Source: a bacterium
GTDB taxonomy: Bacteria > Patescibacteriota > Minisyncoccia > UBA6257 > JAGOQP01
DNA length: 56,371 nucleotides
Assembly (NCBI GenBank): GCA_021814445.1
Contig: JAKAIF010000001.1
Location: 6,070-62,440, forward strand
Direction of reading: 5' to 3'
Part shown: positions 19,427 through 28,692 of the stretch, piece after piece
Layout: each line of letters starts with the position of its first letter
How positions within the stretch are numbered: position 1 is the first letter of the stretch
Program-made: the position numbers and the translations under genes
Notes under the pieces: generated by a model
Database searches by the model: none
What the model saw: only the letters and a program-made list of their open reading frames with translations
What the model was told of the DNA's origin: nothing

Positions 19427-20947
19427 ATGGCAGACAATGTATTGTATTTAGGAAAAACAAATTTTCGTAATCAAGAACGTACGTTTGGTATTAAACTCGC
19501 CGACCGTCGTCAGCATACGTATATTATTGGTAAGTCAGGAACGGGGAAAAGTACCTTACTTTTGAACATGGTGATTTCCGATGTGAAGGCAGGACATGGG
19601 GTGTGCTTTGTGGATCCGCATGGAGAAACCGCAGAAGAAATTTTACACTTTATTCCTGAGGAGCGTGTGGATGATGTTATTTATATTAACCCCGCAGATA
19701 TTAATTTTCCTGTTGCCTTTAATCCGTTAGAGCGGGTTGATTTTGATATGCGTCATTTGGTTGCTTCGGGACTCATGTCGGTATTTAAGAAAATCTGGCC
19801 TGATGCGTGGTCTGCACGTATGGAATATATTTTAAATAACACCCTGTTGGCGCTTTTGGAATACCCTGGCTCAACGTTGTTGGGGGTTATGAAGATGTAT
19901 TCTGATAAAGAATTTCGTCGTAAGATTGTGAATGACCTGCAAGACCCGAGCGTGCGATCGTTTTGGGTTGATGAGTTTGCGAAATATACACAGAAATTGG
20001 AAACTGAGGGAGTCGCGGCTATTCAAAATAAAATTGGACAATTTGTTACCAATCCGCTTATTCGCAGTATTATTGGACAAGTAAAATCTTCTTTTGATTT
20101 TCGCCAAGCGATGGATGATGGCAAAATTATTATTGTAAATTTGTCTAAGGGAAAGATTGGAGAAGACAACTCTAACTTATTGGGAGCGATGCTTATTACA
20201 AAATTACAGTTAGCCGCCATGTCTCGGGTGGATATTCCCATGTCGCAACGTAAAGATTTCTTTTTGTATGTGGATGAGTTCCAAAACTTTGCAACTGAAT
20301 CATTTGCCACTATTTTATCTGAGGCGCGGAAGTATCGTCTTTCGCTTATTGTGGCGCACCAATATATTGCGCAATTGGAACAAGAAAAAAACACGAAAGT
20401 TCGCGATGCTATTTTTGGTAACGTGGGAACTATGATTGCGTTTCGTGTGGGAGCTGATGATGCTGAGTTTTTGGAAAAAGAATTTTTTGAAGAATTTTTG
20501 GCGAGCGATTTTGTGAACCTGCCGAATGCCCATATTTACGCACGTATTATGGTGGATGGTGTTTCCTCTCGTCCTTTTTCTGCAAAGACGCTTCCGCCGC
20601 CGCCCTTGCCTGTGCCATCTCTTTTTGATACCATCCTCCAGTCTTCACGGTCTAAGTATTCTATTGCGCGAGAGATTGTTGATGAGAAGATTCGCGCTGA
20701 CTATTATGGCGCTGAGGGAGATAAGGCGCATGATATGGTTGCTCGTCGCGACGAACGTTCCTTGCACGAAGTGCTTAAAAAGGAATTACCCGCTACAATG
20801 CAGAGAAAACACGAACATGAGCACACCCCCTCTACTCAAAAAGAAAGAAAGCCTATTGAAGAACGCATGAACGTGGATGCATTGAAAGATATTATTCGAA
20901 CCTCGTTGCGTCAAAAACCAAATGAAGAAGGGGAGAAAAAAGAATAA
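19427..20947 (+). CDS. TraD/VirD4-like (type IV coupling protein / HerA-FtsK superfamily) ATPase
   Basis: Walker A GKSGTGKS, VDPHG, Walker B YVDEFQNF, SEARKY, AHQY. Confidence 0.88.
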   Translation: MADNVLYLGKTNFRNQERTFGIKLADRRQHTYIIGKSGTGKSTLLLNMVISDVKAGHGVCFVDPHGETAEEILHFIPEERVDDVIYINPADINFPVAFNPLERVDFDMRHLVASGLMSVFKKIWPDAWSARMEYILNNTLLALLEYPGSTLLGVMKMYSDKEFRRKIVNDLQDPSVRSFWVDEFAKYTQKLETEGVAAIQNKIGQFVTNPLIRSIIGQVKSSFDFRQAMDDGKIIIVNLSKGKIGEDNSNLLGAMLITKLQLAAMSRVDIPMSQRKDFFLYVDEFQNFATESFATILSEARKYRLSLIVAHQYIAQLEQEKNTKVRDAIFGNVGTMIAFRVGADDAEFLEKEFFEEFLASDFVNLPNAHIYARIMVDGVSSRPFSAKTLPPPPLPVPSLFDTILQSSRSKYSIAREIVDEKIRADYYGAEGDKAHDMVARRDERSLHEVLKKELPATMQRKHEHEHTPSTQKERKPIEERMNVDALKDIIRTSLRQKPNEEGEKKE

Positions 20948-20988
20948 CGCATGGTATATAAAAATTAGTAATTAGAAAATTTTTAGAT

Positions 20989-21555
20989 ATGTTGGCATAT
21001 AATGAAGTAAGAAAAGGACATGTGATTGTCTATGAGGGATCGGCGTATGAAATTTTATCCGCGGATTTTTTGCGCATGCAACAACGCAAGCCAGTTATGA
21101 AGGTAAAAATGCGTGAGTTGGCGAGTGGAAAAGTAAAAGAAACCTCGTTTCAATCTAGTGATGAATTTGAAGAGGCTGAATTAGATCGTATTCCGTCTAC
21201 TTTTTTGTATAAAGGAAAGGGAGAATTTTGGTTTTGTGAAAAAGGAAATCCCAAAAATAGATTTATGCTTCCTGAGACTGACCTTGGTTTATCGGCTCAG
21301 TTTTTGAAACCGAATAGCGAAGTGACCACGGTGAAATTTGGAGAAAAAATTATTGGGGTACAGCTTCCTATTAAAATGGAATTTTTGGTGACTGAAGCTC
21401 CCCCCGCTATAAAGGGAAATACTGCGCAGGGAGGAAATAAACAAGTAGTATTGGAAACAGGAGCGATGGTGAACACCCCCATGTTTGTGAATGAAGGAGA
21501 TGTGATACGCGTGAATACGGAAACAGGAGAATATGTAGAACGGGTGCAGAAGTAG
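20989..21555 (+). CDS. efp: Elongation factor P
   Basis: PPAIKGNTA, LETG, PMFVNEGD.I.VNT.TGEY. Confidence 0.95.
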   Translation: MLAYNEVRKGHVIVYEGSAYEILSADFLRMQQRKPVMKVKMRELASGKVKETSFQSSDEFEEAELDRIPSTFLYKGKGEFWFCEKGNPKNRFMLPETDLGLSAQFLKPNSEVTTVKFGEKIIGVQLPIKMEFLVTEAPPAIKGNTAQGGNKQVVLETGAMVNTPMFVNEGDVIRVNTETGEYVERVQK

Positions 21556-21592
21556 TAATTAGCTCGCCTCGCTGGACGCGAGTCGAAGCGGG
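21553..21592. repeat. REP-like imperfect hairpin, family C, copy 1
   Basis: tagtaattagctcgcctcgctggacgcgagtcgaagcggg; related copies at 36006-36035 (reverse) and 36818-36857. Confidence 0.75.
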
Positions 21593-21668
21593 TGACTAGG
21601 GGCTAGGGGCTAGGGGATAGTTTAGAGAGAATATAAAAACAGCATCAGAAATGAGCTGTTTTTATATA

Positions 21669-21698
21669 TTGACTTTATGGTATTTCGTGTGTTATAAT
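21669..21698 (+). promoter_or_regulatory. Sigma70-like promoter
   Basis: TTGACT-N18-TATAAT. Confidence 0.55.
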
Positions 21699-21819
21699 AT
21701 AGTCAGCAAACTACAAGTAAATACTTGAGAATGCAGTGGTTTCTGAGCAAGCGCTTAGATACATCGTATTGATGGCCACAACTCCATGCCCATGAAACGG
21801 CTGAAAAAAGGAGAATAAG

Positions 21820-22404
21820 ATGGAAGAGTTAAAAGAAAAAGCGACAAAATTAAGAGAGGTTATTTTTAACCATCTTTCAGAAATACCATTTTCTGAGTAT
21901 GAGCGGTATGAGAAGTATGTAATTAATGAAGTGCAGTTAAATTTTTATCGTAAAATAGCTGATGCAAAAAATGGGAATCTTTTAGATGACTATTGTGTGG
22001 TACAGTATGTTATTGATCTTACCCTTCAGATTATTGCAACACGATTACACGCTATTTTCCATAGAGACCAAGTTTTTCTAAGAGAAAAATTCTCTGAATC
22101 GTTCGGGAAAAAAGCAAAATTAGGGAATTCTTCTAGAGAATACCTTGTTCATTATCTCATTGGGAAAAGAAATGAATTAAGCTCTGAAGTGGAGTCGTTA
22201 AAGCAAAAATTTAATGAGATTATTTCCCTTGCAGGGGAAATAGGGTTTCAAGTTTTTGATGAAGAAGAGTTTCGGTATGACTGGTATTATTCTCTAGCAC
22301 TTTCTCTTCCAGAGACTTACAGCTTTTTTCAGAGAGAGGGCATTCCAAGTTTATTTTTGTCATCATTCGCTGTTAATGATAATGATGGTGGTGATGGCGA
22401 TTAA
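21820..22404 (+). CDS. Hypothetical protein
   Basis: 194-aa ORF, AAGGAG RBS, terminator-like hairpin with U-tract at about 22425-22450. Confidence 0.7.
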   Translation: MEELKEKATKLREVIFNHLSEIPFSEYERYEKYVINEVQLNFYRKIADAKNGNLLDDYCVVQYVIDLTLQIIATRLHAIFHRDQVFLREKFSESFGKKAKLGNSSREYLVHYLIGKRNELSSEVESLKQKFNEIISLAGEIGFQVFDEEEFRYDWYYSLALSLPETYSFFQREGIPSLFLSSFAVNDNDGGDGD

Positions 22405-22478
22405 ATTAAGTTGTGTCTGAATTGGGCCGTCCATGTGGGCGGCTTTTTTTCATGTAAAAATTCTGGTATGGTCAGTAT

Positions 22479-23780
22479 ATGGATTCTCATATTTTAAAAA
22501 CCGCAAAACATATTCACTTCATTGGTATTGGGGGGATTGGGGTGTCTGCAATTGCGCGGAAGTTTTTATTAGAAAAGAAAGAAATTACTGGATCAGATGC
22601 GGTTATTTCGCCACTAGTGAAAGATTTAGAGAAATTGGGGGCGCGAGTATGGCAAGGACATTCCGCGTCTCATATATCCAAACAGGTTGAGGCGGTGGTT
22701 TATACTAAGGCGGTAGAAGATAGCAATCCAGAATTAGTGCGGGCGCGCGCATTGGGAATTCCCACGGTGACCTATTCGCAGGCGCTGGGAATTATTTCGG
22801 CAGATATGTATACCATTGCGGTTGCGGGATCTCATGGAAAGACAACTACTACAGGAATGATTGCGTGGGGACTTCTTCAGGCAAAGAAAGATCCTACGGT
22901 TATCGTGGGGAGTCTATTGAAGGACATTCCTACTAATTTTATTGCGGGGAAGAGCGCTTATTTTGTAGTTGAAGCGTGTGAATATGGAAGATCATTTTTG
23001 GATTTAAATCCTCGTATTGCGGTAATTACTAATATAGATAATGATCATTTAGATTATTACAAAACAAAAGCAAATCTTATTAAGGCATTTATCGCATTCG
23101 CGCAGAAGGTTCCTCACGATGGTTATTTAATTACAAATCTTAAAGACCCCGATTGTGCTCGTGTGGCAGGGGCCGTGTCGTGTCACGTGATTGATTATAG
23201 TTCTATTATTGCGCCACAGGATGCAAAACTTATTGGTGAGCACAATAAGATGAATATGCGTGTCGCGTTTTCGGTTCTCAAAACAATTCATGTCCCCAAA
23301 GGAACTATTTATAAAGCACTATCTTCTTTTTCTGGAACTGCGCGCCGGTTAGAATACAAAGGAGTCACCAGAAAAGGGATGATGGTGTATGAGGATTATG
23401 CGCATCATCCAACGGAGATTGCGGCGACGTTACGCGCTGTTCATGAGCATTTTATTGATAAAAAAATTGTATGTGTATTTCAACCGCATTTATATTCTCG
23501 CACGAAGCTTTTGTTTAAAGATTTTGTAAAGCAATTAGTATCTCCCGATATAGTGTATATACTTCCTATTTATGCGGCGCGGGAGAAAAAAGATCCAGCA
23601 ATTTCATCTCAAAAATTAGTGAAAGCACTTTCGGTGAAACGAAAAGGAAAAGAAACAATATATGTTCCGTCATATGAGAAAGCGATTTCTCTAGTACGTC
23701 GTTATAATGATACGCGGACGCTTTTATTGACCATGGGAGCGGGGGAGGCGTATAAAATTGGTGATGAATTATTAAAATGA
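22479..23780 (+). CDS. murC: UDP-N-acetylmuramate--L-alanine ligase
   Basis: HFIGIGGIGVS, GSHGKTTT, EACEY, DHLD, DYAHHPTE, FQPH. Confidence 0.95.
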   Translation: MDSHILKTAKHIHFIGIGGIGVSAIARKFLLEKKEITGSDAVISPLVKDLEKLGARVWQGHSASHISKQVEAVVYTKAVEDSNPELVRARALGIPTVTYSQALGIISADMYTIAVAGSHGKTTTTGMIAWGLLQAKKDPTVIVGSLLKDIPTNFIAGKSAYFVVEACEYGRSFLDLNPRIAVITNIDNDHLDYYKTKANLIKAFIAFAQKVPHDGYLITNLKDPDCARVAGAVSCHVIDYSSIIAPQDAKLIGEHNKMNMRVAFSVLKTIHVPKGTIYKALSSFSGTARRLEYKGVTRKGMMVYEDYAHHPTEIAATLRAVHEHFIDKKIVCVFQPHLYSRTKLLFKDFVKQLVSPDIVYILPIYAAREKKDPAISSQKLVKALSVKRKGKETIYVPSYEKAISLVRRYNDTRTLLLTMGAGEAYKIGDELLK

Positions 23781-23794
23781 TTTTTTGTTTTTCT

Positions 23795-23828
23795 TCCATT
23801 CGCCAATTCGCGCGAATTGGCGAATGGA
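23795..23828. repeat. 34-bp perfect palindrome, family B, copy 1
   Basis: tccattcgccaattcgc|gcgaattggcgaatgga. Confidence 0.95.
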
Positions 23829-23853
23829 GTGACTTTATTTTTTAGTTATTCGT

Positions 23854-24966
23854 ATGTTTTTATTAAAGCGGAGAAAACTTAAAATTTGTGTGGCGTTATC
23901 GGGCGGAGTAGATTCGTCGGTTGCGGCGTATCTGCTTAAAAAACAAGGGCACGATGTGTTTGGTATTTTTGTGCGCGGATATAATGTAGATGGATGCCAA
24001 GATAGAGAGGCGCATGATGCGCGACGTGTGGCTGATACGTTGGGTATACCGTTTTATGTATTAGATTTTGAGCAAGAATATTATGATCGGGTGGTGCGCT
24101 ATTTGTTAGATGGGTATGCGCAGGGAATTACGCCCAATCCTGATGTGGTGTGTAATTCAGAAATAAAATTTGGACTTTTATATGATGCGGCGATGAAATT
24201 GGGAGCTGACGTGGTGGCGAGTGGACACTACTCTCGCATAGCGAGAGAATTTCTAATTTCTAATTTCCAATTTCCAATTAAATTCAAATATGGATTGCGA
24301 GCGGGAAAGGATGATAATAAAGATCAGTCATATTTTTTGTGGCAGATTCCTCGTGAGCGATTTTCTAAAATATTATTTCCTATCGGGGGTCTTAAAAAAC
24401 CTCGTGTACGCGCGCTTGCAAAAAAAGCTGGTTTATTTACGGCGATTAAAAAAGATTCGCAGGGTGTTTGTTTTCTAGGGAAATTTTCTTTTGTTGATTT
24501 TCTTAAAAAACACATTCCCTATGGTCCTGGAGAGGTGCTTGATGTTACTGGTAAAAAGGTGGGTACGCATGATGGTGTTTTGTTGTATACCCTGGGTCAA
24601 CGACATGGATTCATAAATACTGCAGGGCATGAACTATTCGTGGTAAAACGCGACATTATTTCAAACACACTTATCGTTGCTCCTGAGGGAGATTCATCTC
24701 TCTCAACTACTGTATTTTATGCGCGACAAACGAATTTTCTTGATTCTCGTTTTGAAACTGCGCTACGAGAGGGAAAAGAAGTGACCGTTCTTGCTCGGGT
24801 GAGATATCGCCAGCCATTATTTCAAGCACGTGTATTTTTTAAAGATGGTGTGTTAACTATTCATCCCTCACGTACGTATAAGCTATTTCCTACAGCCGGT
24901 CAGTCGGTGGTGTTTTATAACAGAAAGGGGGTTGTTCTGGGGGGAGGGGTGATTGTGGAGAAATAA
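23854..24966 (+). CDS. mnmA: tRNA-specific 2-thiouridylase MnmA
   Basis: SGGVDSS, TPNPDVVCN, SGHY, KDQSYFL, DSQGVCF, GQSVVFY. Confidence 0.95.
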   Translation: MFLLKRRKLKICVALSGGVDSSVAAYLLKKQGHDVFGIFVRGYNVDGCQDREAHDARRVADTLGIPFYVLDFEQEYYDRVVRYLLDGYAQGITPNPDVVCNSEIKFGLLYDAAMKLGADVVASGHYSRIAREFLISNFQFPIKFKYGLRAGKDDNKDQSYFLWQIPRERFSKILFPIGGLKKPRVRALAKKAGLFTAIKKDSQGVCFLGKFSFVDFLKKHIPYGPGEVLDVTGKKVGTHDGVLLYTLGQRHGFINTAGHELFVVKRDIISNTLIVAPEGDSSLSTTVFYARQTNFLDSRFETALREGKEVTVLARVRYRQPLFQARVFFKDGVLTIHPSRTYKLFPTAGQSVVFYNRKGVVLGGGVIVEK

Positions 24967-25019
24967 TATAAAAGACTCTTTTGTTTTGAGTTTTTTGTTT
25001 TACGTTGTATCTTGTGTGT

Positions 25020-26099
25020 ATGCGTATCTTGGCTATTGAAACGAGTTGTGATGAGACCTCTTTTGCAGTTGTTTCTATTGAGGAACACGCTGGATTTCCT
25101 GTGGTTATGGTTGAAAAAAACATCGTGGCATCACAAATAGCGCTTCATGCTCCCTTTGGGGGTGTGGTTCCTATGCTTGCAAAACGAGAGCATATTAAAA
25201 ATCTTCCTATTTTATGGAAGGAGATGCAGAAAATACCAGAAGTACGAGATAAAAAAATAGATCTTTTGGCGGTGACGGTTGGGCCTGGGCTTGAGCCGGC
25301 ATTATGGACGGGAATACAATTTGCGCAAGAGATCCATAAAGATTTTTTTGAAGAAAAAATTCATTTGGTGGGGGTAAATCACTTAGAGGGACACCTCTAC
25401 AGTTTCTTGCTAACTGAAAACAAAAAACCAAAAACTGAAAATATGTTTCCGATGATTTCTTTGGTGGTAAGCGGAGGACATACAATCTTGGGTGTTTTGG
25501 AATCACTTACGAAATATACAAAATTGGGAGAAACACTTGATGATGCGGTGGGAGAGTCGTTTGATAAAGTGGCACGGCTTCTTGATTTGCCGTATCCTGG
25601 GGGTCCTCTTATTGAGCAACTTGCGAAGGAGGGAAACGCTCAGGCAATTGCGCTGCCACACCCCATGATACATCAGAAGAATTATAATTTTAGTTATGCA
25701 GGATTGAAGACAGCAGTACTCTATTATCTAAAATCACAAGGCGTGATATCTCAAAATTTTTCTCCGCGCGCGGTTGCGAAAAAAGCGAAAATATCAGAAC
25801 AATTACAGAAAGATCTTTCCGCGTCGTTTCAAGATGCGGCATTTGCTCCGATTGTTGCAAAAACTTCTCGTGTGGTTCAAGAGTATGGTGCTCGGAGTGT
25901 GTGTGTTGGGGGAGGGGTGGCGGCTAATAAAAAACTTCCCGAGTTACTCAAAGAGAAGCTTGGAGATGTTTCAGTCGTTGTTCCTCCATTCGCATATTGT
26001 CAGGATAATGCGGCAATGATTGCGGTGGCGGGATATATGCGATACATCTCAAAGAAGAAGCCGTATCCTATTAAAGCCGATGGAACGATGAGTATATAA
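25020..26099 (+). CDS. tsaD: tRNA N6-adenosine threonylcarbamoyltransferase TsaD
   Basis: IETSCDET, GGVVP, HLEGH, VSGGHT, DDAVGESFDK, DNAAMIA. Confidence 0.96.
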   Translation: MRILAIETSCDETSFAVVSIEEHAGFPVVMVEKNIVASQIALHAPFGGVVPMLAKREHIKNLPILWKEMQKIPEVRDKKIDLLAVTVGPGLEPALWTGIQFAQEIHKDFFEEKIHLVGVNHLEGHLYSFLLTENKKPKTENMFPMISLVVSGGHTILGVLESLTKYTKLGETLDDAVGESFDKVARLLDLPYPGGPLIEQLAKEGNAQAIALPHPMIHQKNYNFSYAGLKTAVLYYLKSQGVISQNFSPRAVAKKAKISEQLQKDLSASFQDAAFAPIVAKTSRVVQEYGARSVCVGGGVAANKKLPELLKEKLGDVSVVVPPFAYCQDNAAMIAVAGYMRYISKKKPYPIKADGTMSI

Positions 26100-26237
26100 C
26101 GTTAATTTCTATTAATTCAAAATTAAAAGGTCAAATGTCAAAAATTAAAGTCAAAAGTCGATAAGTTTAAGAATTCTATTTTTGAGTTTTTAATTTCAAT
26201 TTTGCCTTTTGGATTTTGATTTTTAACTTTTTGTATC

Positions 26238-27317
26238 ATGTCTCTACTTAAAACACTCACCCGAAATATTGATTGGAAATTATGGGCCGCTCTCGGTCTT
26301 CTTCTGGGATCTGGGCTTCTTTCTCTGATGAGTTCTCGTCCCGAGCTTTTTTATAAACAGGTGTTGTGGATTGTGATTGGATGCGCGTTTGTGGTTTTGT
26401 TTACTTTTTTGGATTTTCGTTCGTTCTTTAGTCACAGTAGTGTCAGTAATATTTTTTATACGTTAACTCTCGGTCTTTTGCTTATTACGTTTTTCTTTGC
26501 GCCCAGTATCAATGGAAATCGCGCGTGGTTGCTCGTGGGTCCATTTCAGTTTCAACCATCAGAGCTTGCGAAATTGGCGCTTATCTGTGTGCTTGCGGTA
26601 TTTTTTGCAAAGCGACACGTGGGTATCGCGCGATGGAAAATTATTATTGGATCGTTTTTGTATGCGCTTATTCCCGCTCTTATTATTGCCGCGCAACCTG
26701 ACATGGGATCGGCTCTTATGGTGTTGGGTATTTGGCTCGGCTTCCTCTTTATCTCTGGGATTCCTCTAAAAAGACTTGCAGTTGCGGGAATATTTTTTCT
26801 CCTTGCTTTTATTATTTTGTGGACGTCCGTTTTTAAGGAGTATCAGAAGGATCGTATTATTGGATTATTTTCTCCTCAACAAGATCCCTTGGGAGCAAAT
26901 TATAATGTGATTCAATCAAAAATTGCGCTTGGTTCCGGTGGTCTTTTTGGACAAGGGTTTCGGCAGGGGACACAAACGCAGTTGGGATTTTTGCCTGAAG
27001 CCCAAACTGATTTTATTTTTGCCGCGATTACTGAAGAAGGGGGGCTTGTGGGAGCGGGTGTGGTGCTTGTGGCGTTTGTGTGGCTTATGACGCGGTTGTT
27101 GCGTATGGGAATGTTGGTTGAAGGAAATGTTGCAAAACTGCTTACCTTAGGAACGGCTGTATTATTCTTCATACAATTTGTTTGCAATGTTGGCTCGGTT
27201 ATTGGTATCATCCCTGTTATTGGAGTTACGTTTCCGTTCGTGAGTTATGGAGGATCTAGTATGCTTGTGAATCTAATACTCATTGGGTTGGTGCAGTCGT
27301 TTTATGTGAAAAAGTAA
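26238..27317 (+). CDS. rodA: SEDS family peptidoglycan glycosyltransferase RodA
   Basis: QPSELAK, QPDMG, YQKDRI, QSKIALGSGG, PEAQTDFIF, PFVSYGGSS. Confidence 0.9.
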   Translation: MSLLKTLTRNIDWKLWAALGLLLGSGLLSLMSSRPELFYKQVLWIVIGCAFVVLFTFLDFRSFFSHSSVSNIFYTLTLGLLLITFFFAPSINGNRAWLLVGPFQFQPSELAKLALICVLAVFFAKRHVGIARWKIIIGSFLYALIPALIIAAQPDMGSALMVLGIWLGFLFISGIPLKRLAVAGIFFLLAFIILWTSVFKEYQKDRIIGLFSPQQDPLGANYNVIQSKIALGSGGLFGQGFRQGTQTQLGFLPEAQTDFIFAAITEEGGLVGAGVVLVAFVWLMTRLLRMGMLVEGNVAKLLTLGTAVLFFIQFVCNVGSVIGIIPVIGVTFPFVSYGGSSMLVNLILIGLVQSFYVKK

Positions 27318-27413
27318 TTAGAGAAGTAATAAGGGATTAGGGGATAGTGATTTGTATCCTCAGACTTGATATTTACTTACTACTTACTACTCACTACTAA
27401 ATACTCATTTCAT

Positions 27414-28406
27414 ATGTTTTCTCGTCGTTTCATTATTATTGCAATTATCTTTATCGTTTTGGTAGGAGGCACGGTTGCTGTTTTGGCTCGCGCCACAAGT
27501 CCTGTTTCTTTAGCTCACCCAGTTATATTTGAGGTCGCTTCGGGAGATGGGGTGTGGAAAATAGCGCAAGGATTATCTGCTCGTCACATCATTCTTTCTC
27601 CTCTGTGGTTTTCAATACAGACATTTTTTTCTGGAAATTTTAGTGACTTTAAACCGGGGCTTTATGAGATTTCATCAACTTCTTTTAAAGATTTAATTCA
27701 TATTTTGTCGCTTGGTCCTCAAGAAGTTAGGGTGACTATTGTTCCCGGTATGACGTTGCAAGATATAGATATTCTTTTTTCTCAGAAAGGCATTATCCCC
27801 GCTCACTCATTGCTCTCTGTTATGCCAACGGTATTGCGGTCAGCATGTTCTCCGTGTACGTACGCAGAGAATTTAGAGGGGCTTCTTACTCCTGACACTT
27901 ATCAATTTTATCGTGGAAGTACTCCACAAACTGTTTTACAAACCATTGCTGAGAATTCTGAAAAAGCGCTCCGTGTTGCGACTGAGGGGAAGTCGTATAC
28001 TGATCGCGAATTATACAACAAAATTATTGTGGCATCGTTGCTTGAAAAAGAAGTACAAAGTTATGCAGACAAACAAGTGGTGGCAGGAATTATTTATAAA
28101 CGTATTGCGTTAGGTATGCCTCTTCAAATTGATGCATCTGTTTTATATGGAGCGTGTCTTCGTGCGGTGGGGGAATGCGCGCTTACGAGAGAAGATTTCA
28201 AAAAAGATGGTTTATTTAATACCTATACCCGCAAGGGGCTTCCTCCCACCCCCATCGCAAGCCCCTCTCTAGATTCTTTGCGTGCCGCATTTCATCCACA
28301 ATCTAGTCCATATTTATATTACCTCTCTGATTCTGTGACAGGAACAACTTATTTTAGTAAGACGTTTGATGAACATGATACAAAGCGGGGAGTATATCTT
28401 CGATAA
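27414..28406 (+). CDS. mltG: Endolytic transglycosylase MltG
   Basis: N-terminal TM; LEGLLTPDTY, ASLLEKE, LQIDAS, NTY..KGLPPTPI; likely start 27414. Confidence 0.92.
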   Translation: MFSRRFIIIAIIFIVLVGGTVAVLARATSPVSLAHPVIFEVASGDGVWKIAQGLSARHIILSPLWFSIQTFFSGNFSDFKPGLYEISSTSFKDLIHILSLGPQEVRVTIVPGMTLQDIDILFSQKGIIPAHSLLSVMPTVLRSACSPCTYAENLEGLLTPDTYQFYRGSTPQTVLQTIAENSEKALRVATEGKSYTDRELYNKIIVASLLEKEVQSYADKQVVAGIIYKRIALGMPLQIDASVLYGACLRAVGECALTREDFKKDGLFNTYTRKGLPPTPIASPSLDSLRAAFHPQSSPYLYYLSDSVTGTTYFSKTFDEHDTKRGVYLR

Positions 28407-28692
28407 CCCTGCATCTCTTTTTTATTTTCCATATTTTTTCACGATCGTGAAAAAGGGTGAAAAAGAGCATGAGGGAGGAAAGTGCACAAGTTATCCCCAT
28501 GTCAATATTGACTCGGTGTATGGGATATGTAATTATACAGGTGATGCAATTCTCTATCGTATTTCAATGCCCTGCAACGGGCAGGGAAATCCAGCGTAAA
28601 TTGCGCCACCTACATTATTAATATGAACAATATTGATGCCCTTTGAGGAGAAGGGGGTCTTTTATTGTCGTTTTTAACCCACATAGAACCCT

